This document shows positions 12,754 through 22,366 of a DNA stretch of 56,050 nt, in pieces; position 1 is the stretch's first letter; every line of letters begins with the position of its first letter. This stretch comes from Gonapodya sp. JEL0774. Taxonomy: Eukaryota. The stretch is taken from assembly GCA_027604505.1 (NCBI GenBank), contig JADIIX010000032.1, forward strand, positions 124,001-180,050. The letters run 5' to 3'. The translations under genes and the position numbers were made by a program. The notes under the pieces are model-generated. The model was not told the origin of the DNA. It did no database searches and saw only the letters and a list, made by a program, of their open reading frames with translations.

Positions 12754-15700
12754 ATGATGTTTCGCGCCAGCCCTGACAGCCCCTCTCCGATTATCCGTGG
12801 TGGCTGGAACTCTCCCGGTATAACGACTCCCGCGGACTTGGCTGACCTTGCTGCTCTCGGTATTCAGATTTTGGATGAAGATGAACCTCCTGTGGAACAA
12901 AATCTTACAACGGTGCCTGCCTGGTCCACTTCTGCAACCTCCCCTGACAATCGCAAATCAATCTCACACAACGTTGATCTTGGCGCAAAGTCGGATTGGA
13001 GACGCTCAACGCAGTCTCCGGCCTTCGGAATGGCTCCTCGCTTGACAGTCGAAGATCGTCCAGGCCCACTGACCCGCCTCAATGGCGAGTCACGCACTAC
13101 ACTACCTTCTGGTTTGACGAGACTACCGCCGGGTCTCCCGTTCCCAAACCCATCGGCACAACAAACTGACCAATTCCATCCAAAGGGAGTTGACTGGACG
13201 TCTACTTTTCTGGCTACGCAGAGCAGTGTCGATGTTGTTCCCTCATTAACAGAATTAGAGTTACAAGCTGCACCAGCACCATCGCAATACAACGACCTTC
13301 GCTTGAGCGAAGACAATGCAGTCACTGTCTCCTATGAGCAGGTACCACGGGACACGATCGAGGAAAGACTGAGAATGTACCTACCTAGAGAAAACTTGAA
13401 AAATGGAGTTCCCACATCTCGTACTACCCGTACTATCATTGAACCAAAGGTCCACGAAGAAGACCATATCCAGCTTCCGGGCTACGAGACAGCAAATTCT
13501 TCCAGACCACCAATTGGACCTTTTGTGGAGCGCTTAGGCTATTCCCTTGTGCGCCAGCCTGAGCACGACAGTCATGGGTACGATGTCAACACACCTTCCC
13601 GACAATTTGTGGATGTTATTGACGAGCGCTTGAAGAGGTACGATTGTTTGTCTCCGCGAAATGACGGGCAACAGGGGTGGGATCTTTTGGACGATCGAGG
13701 GAGAAAATATGGAGAGGGAGATCGAAGCAAGTTCTCAACAGATCCAGGCGTGCAGAACCGGGATGCACACAACCAGTCTGAGCTCCAGCTGTTGCGTAGT
13801 TCAGTCAGGGAGAGGCTCCGACAGTATGATCTGGAGACTAATTACAGAAAGAGTGAACTGGGACTTACGGATCATCCGGAAGGACATGCTTCTCCAGAGC
13901 ACCAAGAACACGACCCCATCAAAACACAATTTTTTGAGGATGGCATCAAAACCTCTTCGGTGTCATATCTCAGACAATCGAATGCAGCCTTAGCCGCGCA
14001 GGGACAGGCACTTACTAGAAAAGCTTCTTCTCCTGCCTCTTTCACCATCGAAGTGAAAGGTAATCGTGATCTCCCGTCAATCTATCCGCCAGCGCCAGCA
14101 TATTTAATGTCGGATGGAGGGTGGAACGGTTCCTTGGAACACCATTATCTTAACTTCTCTGGTCACCGCCACACTAATCTTGATTCACGGAGTGCGGAAG
14201 AGAACGACTGGTACGAAGTTGAGGTGGATGCACGGGGTAGTGGTACCACAATGGACACGTCGCGGCTGGATGTTTCAGTGGAGGGAGTAACCCGTGACGT
14301 ATCAGTAATGGGGGTAGCAGAGGACATCTTTGCGGGGGATAGAGTGGATCAGGAGCAAACGCGCCAAAAACCAAAGGCAATCGACAAATGGAAAACGTTG
14401 GCGGCGAACCCCGTGCCCGAAGACAACCCGGCGTTGGCCGCGGAGGTAAGATCATCCGATCCGAGTAATCGCTGCGTTTTGACATTTAAAACACCACTTT
14501 ATTCAAGAGAAATCGATTGCTGGCGAATCCCAAAGCGGGTTCCATTTTCAGACAATCATTTCAGTAGTGAGTTTCTCGTTCACTTTCCAAGCTTGTGCAG
14601 GCACTGGAAACGTTCATATCAGCGTTCCTGTGACTAGAGGGATCTACGACAATCCCGAGAAGACGGTGTGAGTTGCTCCTGTTGTCTAAAGTACAACCTC
14701 TGTACTCTGGATGCGCATTAACGCGGTCAACTTGGCAGCGAAAGCAATGAGAGCGAGTCACAAACTCCCGGTGCTAAGCGCTTCTCGTCACAAGGCGCTC
14801 GCGTGAATTTCGGGCTACTCGCACCTCCTTCTATAATCCCGTCGACTTACGTCCCCACCTCACCCCGAATGGCAACTCGTGGGACCCCGCCCAGGATATA
14901 CAGACCAGTACCAGTAACAATGCAAGCACGAAATTTGTCGCGACCCCCGATTGCTCCCCCACCGCAAACTGTCCCTGTGACGTCGCCTTTCTCTCGCGAG
15001 TCTTTGATACCACAAAGCTCTCCAATGCTGGGGACGTCTTCCTTTTCGCGTCATATGGAGCTACAACAGTACTCACCAAAGTCAGTTAAATCACCTGCTC
15101 TGCGTCAGCAAGGGATGCTACCACCACCAAAACTTGATTATTCGGGACGATTTGCCCCTGATCAATTCTCCCCTTCGAATCCCCGGCCGCTCTCCCCACC
15201 AGCAAAAGCTGTTGGCCACAAAGTCTCCGGACAAGGTAAGCGTGGCTCAAATGAGAACCGCGGAGCTCTGGCTCCCGTGAATGGGGAAGGGGTGAACGGA
15301 CGACGTGGGGGGAGTTATCGGAAGTTCTCTCCTGGGGGGTTGAATCCGAGGCTCATTGTGAGTTGTGATTTACTCGACTCTGTCTCTTGATCTAAGAGTA
15401 GCAAATGACGTTGTCCTCGCTCTTACTTCAAGGGTTTCTATCCTCCACCCCCACAACGGCTGTCCATTGCTCCTCAAGTTTGGTTCATGATGGTGGGTTA
15501 TGCTTGGATTTAACTGTCTGGATTCACAATCATGTTCATGTGCGCACATAGTCCATCAAGCTCAACGACGGATCGGAGTTCCCCTTCAAAGTGAGCTACC
15601 CTTGGAATGATTGACGCACGGGTAGCATGACCTGATCACCCCTACAATCCCCTTTACACACTCAGGTTTATAAGCAAGGAACTTCTGCCGAGCTCCCAGA

Positions 15701-15803
15701 CGAGTTTTCACACCGATTGGAACTCCTCGCCGCGAGATTCGGGATTTCCGAAGAGGCGAAGCGCGCGGCACACGACACTTTTAGGGAGTATTTCGAGAAT
15801 TGA
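12754..15803 (+). CDS. Large, mostly disordered hypothetical protein (multi-exon)
   Basis: Long open exon (~12754-14445) plus spliced exons ending SIKLNDGSEFPFK|VYKQGTSAELPDEFSHRLELLAARFGISEEAKRAAHDTFREYFEN*. No recognised domain. Confidence 0.65.
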
Positions 15804-16028
15804 AGAAGTGGGAAGATAATGAATTTGTTTTTAGAATTATGTAGGTGAAAAATATACAAAAGTGTTTGCATTCCGTGGTTTTGTTCACGATGGTGGGAAC
15901 CAAGCAGCCAATAAGGTCATCATCACAAAGGGCTGAAGTGGCACATTCAGTAATGGGCCAAAGCAACCCGGGTATATCAACGATGTCTGTCTCTGTTTCT
16001 TGATCACCCGAGGTCTGATCTCTTTTGC

Positions 16029-17627
16029 TCACCGTAGCTTTCTCACGATCCGCGGGGCAGTGGTTCTCATCACCTCCTTCGGTACAGCTTTCACCACATT
16101 TTTGATCGGTACGGCAACAGGACGGCTCTTCACTGGAGCTCCAAAGTCAAGTTTGGCGGGCCTGGTCCTCTTCGGCGGTTGTGAGCAGAACGGTGACGCC
16201 GTACGCTGATTCAAGAACACAAGGGTCAGTAACGGCGCTACCCACAGAGACACTCAAGAAGACAACCCACCTTGCAAGGGCTCAGACTCGTCTTTACCTT
16301 CTCGACTGCCTTCCCTCTCATTACGCTCGTGGTGGACGCATTCTCGGAGCCTTCTGAGGACAAGCGCGGAGATATGCGGCGGACCAGCTGGACACGAGTC
16401 GATACGGGGTTTAAAGAATTTTGGGTAGTGCTGCGGGCAGTCCCAGGCGGCGTGATCGGCTTCCGTGACGGCACAGCGGCTGGGCGCACAGGTACTGGTG
16501 GAGTAATTGACGGTCGAGAACGCACGGTTGTGGCGCGGACAGAAGCAGAGGGGGGGGAGGTGTTCGAGCGGGCAATGGTGACAGCGGTGCGGACAGTAGC
16601 GGAAGAAGATATTGTTGAAGGAGAGGAGCGAGTGCGAGGGGGAACGGTGGGAGTTGTACGAGCGAGGGGCACGGCAACGGGAAAAGTCGAGTTGGAAGTC
16701 GCAGCGCTCTTAGAGGTGGTACGGATGGGTCTCGGTGGGGGTGCGGGAGTGGTGCGAGAGGGAGGCGTTGCGGACGTTGGAGGGCGCGTGCGCACGGAGG
16801 GTGTAGGGCTACCGCCAGGCTTTGATAAGGTCATGACAGGAGAGTTTCCTCGAGACTTTGCTGATGCTGGTTTGGCGGTGGTAGTCTGCGGAGGAGATAT
16901 TGAGGAGGTCGTGAGATTCCAATTGGAAGGAAGTAACCTATCATGGTAGACTCACGGGTGTCATAATCCTCGAGGTCGAGATTTTAGCCCTGGCTTCAGT
17001 CCGCTCCACTACCTGTTCGACCTCAAATGCCGCAGACAGATCCTGCAGAGGTTCCGCGTCCAGCGCGCGAGCCTGACCCTCCTCTCCAGCCTTTTTGGGC
17101 TTCTCCGAAGTCTCCATCTTCGGTTTTGGATCATTTAGGAACAGTCCTGTCACAGGACACCGATTCTCCTTGTCCCAGATGTGGCGAGAGCATGGGCATC
17201 GGGTGGGATGGTCGGGGTGCACGCAAGAGCACGATTGAGATGGAGGAGGTTCTGGAGAATCGCTGCGGATCGGGGGGTTGGTGATTGACTTTCTAGGAGC
17301 GGCTTTGGCGGTCGCATAGGCGAGTGGAGGTTTGGGGCTGTTCGACGCTGACAACGGTCTGGATGGCTTAAGCGGCGCCGCGACAGGCGATTTCGAGAAC
17401 TGCTTGGGCGCGATTGAGCCGAGAGGAGTGCGTTTAGCAATAGCAGTTTTGCCAGTCATCGATGGTGCAATGGTAGCCTTGAGGTCCTTTGCTGAGAGTG
17501 GTTTGGGAGCGAGGATGTTGGAGTTGGCAGGCCCAAGAGGGCGGAGACCGAGTTTTCTTGCAGGCTGAGACGCAGAGACGGAATCCATATCGGAGAAGAC
17601 AACGAAAGATTTCTTAGTGGAGGTCAT
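16029..17627 (-). CDS. Pro/Ser/Thr/Arg-rich low-complexity protein with putative APC/C degron motifs (3 exons)
   Basis: Three consecutive minus-strand ORFs joined by short introns. Contains FVVFSD (ABBA-like), RTPLGSI (D-box-like) and DKEN. Confidence 0.65.
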
Positions 17628-18278
17628 GGAGTTTCGGACTCGAACGCCGGAATTGGTCCACACTCGTGGAATCTGTAGTGTGTCGAAATGGCGTCGCAGA
17701 TCCGGGTGCGATGGCAGGCGGTCCCTTCGATGCGCGTTAAGAAAGCCGAAATAAAGCGAAATACGCTGGAGAAAATTGGAGATTGGCGGTGGAGCTGCGA
17801 ATTACTAGGGAGTGCTTGGAACTTCGATGGATGGAGGACCCGGCACTCGGAAACTGTCCTGCAAAACTTGCATTTACTTGGACGAAAGCAACTTTGGCAA
17901 AAGTTCCACAGTATCAAGATTGCACCTCCTCGCCATTTTGTGAGTCTCTGAGTCCACATACCAAATGCAGGAAACCGGTAGTGGACGATCCGCGATTCCC
18001 AACTCGAATAGATTCTATTGGTAGATGAGAGTCCTCAGACAATCTCAAACTGTTCAAAAGGTTCGAGGTGGTAGACGTACAGAAGAAGGCCTTGGGATTT
18101 TTAAAACTTATTTGCAGAATGAGCGTGCGCGAACTACATATGGGCGAACTTCATATGGGGTATGGCGCAGGTCGTACAGCGACCAGTTTAAGTTGTTGAC
18201 GGGCATCGGACGACTGACTATGTAAACTTATGTATTATCCATTGCACTTGACTTAACATTTCTCCTACTACAATGTAA

Positions 18279-18373
18279 GGCGAGCCTTTCGCCGCCACCC
18301 AGATCTCAAGAATGGAGACATGGGCTGACGTTTCCAGAGTGCGCGACGTGGACGCCGCTCGCCAAGGCACCCC
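18279..18373 (-). ncRNA. HDV-like self-cleaving ribozyme, copy A
   Basis: Minus strand: P1 GGGGTGC/GCACTCT (G1-U wobble), P2 GGCGAGC/GCTCGCC, P3 GCG/CGC, L3 TCCACGT, P1.1 CC/GG, a P4 hairpin, and J4/2 GCGAAA with the catalytic-C equivalent at 18291. Predicted cut between 18374 and 18373. Confidence 0.85.
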
Positions 18374-18930
18374 ATCCTGCGGTTCCTCGGTCCTGGGAAT
18401 CCTCGGTCCGGCCAAGTGCCAACCCTCTCCTAGGGCGTCGTGCTGGAACGCACGCAGTGGGTTGGTCCGCCGACCCGGAGGTCATTGGACAGCAACACTG
18501 TGACTGTAGCCGTTTGTCCGTCAGCACAATGACCGTCCCGCAGGCGGACACGACCAAGACGACGCGGCTGTGTACACCACTGTTCCCTCCGACGGGAAAA
18601 GGCCCGCCTCGAACTCACCAGGGCCTGTTCTCGTGTCATCTCCTGCTCTCCAGTACTCCAGTACTCGATGGCTCTTGGGTCCGATGGGCGGGGGTGGTTC
18701 GGGATCTGGTGAGTTCGAGCGGACGCAAGAAACGGAAGCTAAGATGAGATTCGTCGCCAAGCAGGTTCAAGAGAACACGCCACGTAAGTGCGTTCCACTT
18801 GCGTTGGTGTTTGGTCGTCTTTTTGGGCTTTTAAAAGTTGGAAAGTTGAGAAGTTGTTTTAGTTTGAAACGGTTTTCGATGACCCAGCAGGAATTTATAC
18901 CCTTGAGTACTGTGGCGCGGCAGCTCGGGG
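18279..18930 (-). repeat. Ribozyme-terminated dispersed unit A (putative spliced ncRNA gene)
   Basis: Collinear homology with 55351-56030 (blocks TTCAAACTAAA, ACTTTCCAACT, CACCAGATCCCGA, CAGGAGATGA, TTCCCGTCGGAGGGAACAGTGGT, GGGTCGGCGGAC, CCACTGCGTGCG). Putative GC-AG intron 18802-18739. TATAAA at 18899-18894. Confidence 0.8.
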
Positions 18931-19263
18931 TTCAACGTTTCAACCATTGAAACAATTCAGACTGGACCTGGAGACCGCTCGATTGCTTTCAAAAAATTTG
19001 CGAATATTAACAAAAAATGGTCTCGTCCAAATGGGAGCTTCTGGCGTTGCAGTTGGAAGCCGTGATAGCGGGTTTTCAATCAAATCAGCGGAACATCATT
19101 CCTCCAGGGTTCACGAACTGCCGAATTGAATGAAATAAGTGACTTATGGTTTGGTGATTGGGTAATTCTGTACCCCCCGATCAGGTGTTTACTGTGAGTC
19201 GTCACTGCGTGCTTAAGAGCACGTCGCCCCGGAGAAGTACTGGACCAGGAAGGGGATACGGAC

Positions 19264-19355
19264 GGGGTGCCTTGGCGAGCGGCGTCCACGTCGCGCACCC
19301 TGGAAACGACATCGTTGTCTCTTCGAGAGGCAACGGTGGCGGCGAAAGGCTCGCC
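19264..19355 (+). ncRNA. HDV-like self-cleaving ribozyme, copy B
   Basis: P1 19264-19270/19295-19301 (GGGGTGC/GCACCCT), P2 19274-19280/19349-19355, P3 19282-19284/19292-19294, L3 TCCACGT, P1.1 19286-19287/19302-19303, P4 19307-19322/19326-19341, catalytic-C equivalent 19343. Upstream homology to copies A/C begins at ~19203. Confidence 0.88.
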
Positions 19356-19641
19356 TACCATTGTATAATTAGATACCTCTAGTAGATACACATTATTGCC
19401 CAAGTACTCCTGAGAACTTCGGATGTCCGGCCCGGTCGAATGTACACTCGTGGTTGACAGTCTCCGCTGCAAGGCCCCTTCTGTTTACCCTCTCACCACG
19501 AAACACTGCGAAGTAAGTAGTCAGGCGCGAGACGACGCGTCGGCGTCCCACTTCCCAGCAGCCCGATACTTCTCGCCCACTGCCCATTTCCACAACAACT
19601 TACTCTGCCCCCACCCCTCGCACTGTCCCGTCTACCCCGCT

Positions 19642-21894
19642 CTACTTGCCATCACCCTCCCCATCCACCTCAGCCCCCGCCTCCAACGCAAACATCTTGA
19701 CCTTGTAGATCCCCTTTGGGAACCCCTTCTGCACCTGTTCCTTGACGATACACATACCCGCGCGTGCAAAGAGGGATTTGAGAAGGGATTCAGATCTGGT
19801 GATCAGGGTTCCAGGGCAGCCATTGGTGGCGATGATGGTTGTTCAAATTGTCGCGGTGGTAGGTGGTGAGGGTATGGACAAGCGCGGTCAGTAGTGGTCC
19901 CAATGTGGTTGAACGGAGTTGGGTTGGGGTCCAGAAGAGTAGGGCAAATGCAGGTGAATGGTGAGACAAGGGTCGAATGGCGAGCCCGCTCCATACACTC
20001 CGTGATTCGTCCCCTCCAGCACGTTGTGTTCACGACGACCTCACACGTCCCTCCCTGTCATTCCCACCGCTCACGCACCTCGTCACACTCGAATCAACCT
20101 CGTCGATCTCCGCTTCTTCGCCCGATGTTACGTTCTCTTTCACAAAGAGTAAACCGCCTGGACGCAGCGAAGCGATACAGCGACGAAAAAAGGAGATGAG
20201 ATCGTCTGGCACGCGTAGGTGGAGAGGTGTATTGTTGCGGTTTTGTGGTTGGGTAGGGGGACGATAATGCAAAGGGGCAGGGCAAGGGAGGTGGTTTACG
20301 GTGAGACGGTGCAGGACAGAAGGCGCAAACGGTGAGTTATGTCGATGGGGTGTTGTTGCTCGCGCACCCGTCCATTCCTTGTGGTACCAGTTCAGATGCT
20401 CAGCCACACCTTCAAATCCGTGCTCCCTTCGGCGGATATGTCCATTTGACATGCAACCCCGGCAGGGGAATCCAGGACACAAACCGACCCACCAAAACAC
20501 CGCGACCGCGGTCGCGACCCGCCGCACGTCACGTCTGTTACCCACCGTCCCTCAAATGCCCCAGTACCCACTGACACCACACGGCATCGTATATGCTTCC
20601 CTGCGGTGTCCAATCCTGCAACCCAGAGTTGACCAGCGTGACCCTGCTCTTCACCGGATCGTCGCTGTAGTGGGGTGCCAGGTAGGTTTTTGCAGTTTCA
20701 AGAAAGTGTGAGGACACTTCGACCAGGTCGATATGGTGGAAGTGCGGGAGTAGGAAGGTGAGGGTGACGCGACCGATGCCGGCGCCGCAGTCTGGGTGGT
20801 CGTGGGTGAGTGTGGCGGGAGGGAGGGGACGGTTCAAGTTGTGGCATGAGAGGCAGGAGAGTGAGTGAGGGGCCGAGGACGAGGTATCAGTGTATGAGCA
20901 GACGACACAACCGTCGTTGCGTTGCGTGGCACATCGAGGCACAGCAACATGTCCAAGCGAACAGATAAGTCGGTGGTCGATGCTCTGCGACACCACGATC
21001 CGCGATTGGAGATTGAACAAAATGTCATCGTGCCACAAAGACACATGCCGTGGATCCCAGAAACATCACGCTGCCAACCATCCACCCCCACCACCGAGAA
21101 AAAGCCCACACCCATGTACTCTAACCCAATCACACTTACCACACGCCCTGTCCCTGCCCATCTTTGCTCTCCTCCTTCCGTCATTTCCAGTGACGGCACC
21201 ATCGAAAAACTCTGCGACGAACTCTGCGTTCCCCTTTGCGTCTGGATCAGAGAGGGAGGCGAAGCCGCCCAGGACACCATCAACGGTGGCTTGAGGTGGG
21301 TAGCGGGGGTGGTGGTTGTACAAAACGATCGATCAGTGCGGGCCCACAAACCCCTCGAGGACACAGAAGAAGGACGTGGACGTGGGGTCGCAGTGACTCA
21401 CGTGGTACAGAGGCCCAGTAGCGCTCGGCGTCTTGGTACCATGCCTCGCCGCGGTCCTCTGGGGAGGGTTTGACGGGCGGGGAGGTGGTTGTGGTGGAGG
21501 TGGTAGAGGAAGGTTGAAGGGGCGGGGAAGAAGGTGGTGAGCCTATGCGTGATTAGCGCAATTGGAGAAGGCGGATGGGGGCCAGTGAAAGTGCGGTTGA
21601 AGGACTGTGAAAGGAACGACATTGCAGGGCGAAAGGACGGAGGAATCACCTTGATTCGGTGGACTCTGAACATGAGTATTTGCGAGTGAGAAAACTGCGA
21701 TCGAGTGCGGTGAATGGAAGGACGTACTGGAGTGGTTGGAGGCGGATGCGATTCGGACCAGAGGTGAAGACGCAGATGGAACGGCACAAAAAGTCGGCAG
21801 TTGACACGAATTTCCGTATTGATTCGATGTCAGAAGGAAGGACGAATTCAGTAAATAACGAACCCTTCTTTTGTCTTTTTCGTGAAGGTGCCAT
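19642..21894 (-). CDS. NTM1: Alpha N-terminal protein methyltransferase (Tae1/NTMT1), multi-exon; first exon uncertain
   Basis: Motifs WYQDAERYWASVP, TVDGVLGGF, DCGAGIGRVT, YDAVWCQWVLGHL, LFVKENV, DEVDSSVTR, QKGFPKGIYKVKMFAL. Stop 19642-19644. Confidence 0.92.
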
Positions 21895-22366
21895 AATTGG
21901 ATCGAAGTTAGTTCGAGAAGACTGTGAAGGGACGTGGGTCAATGCACAGAGAGTGCGGCGTCTCGGGTTCATCCAGCGCTCCCCAATGTCTACCACGTAC
22001 ATGCTAGTCAGTATCTCCGGATGAATTAACCCGTTATGGGCTGTAGAAGCCCTTGACCTTCTCAGAATCTCCAAGTGTTTGGGTCTGAACCACTCGTCCA
22101 CTCGGACATTTGAACTGTTATGGCCAGCTTTTCTTCACATTCGCTTGTTTTGCTGGACGGCAATAAACGAACGAGGCAGGTAGTGCGACCCTTTCCCAAC
22201 ACTTTCCGTCTTCGACATTTATTGTATTCCTCTCCCATTTGCCTCCCTTTCCTTTCAAAAGTACATCGAAATAGTTGACAATTTCGTACCTTCGCCTTTA
22301 CACGCATTAACCGATCTCAACCTCTTAAAAATCGCTTCTTGGCGCCCCTCACACGTCGAAACCGCT

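Noticed and set aside
16272..16949. 225-aa plus-strand ORF and many similar overlapping ORFs
   Set aside because: Antisense shadows of GC-rich or low-complexity coding exons.
18455..18595. Second HDV-like or glmS-like ribozyme (GG..CNAA before a pseudoknot strand; TCGGCGGA)
   Set aside because: No P3/L3 UCCNCGY module and none of the other glmS core motifs. Kept only as an unassigned pseudoknot.
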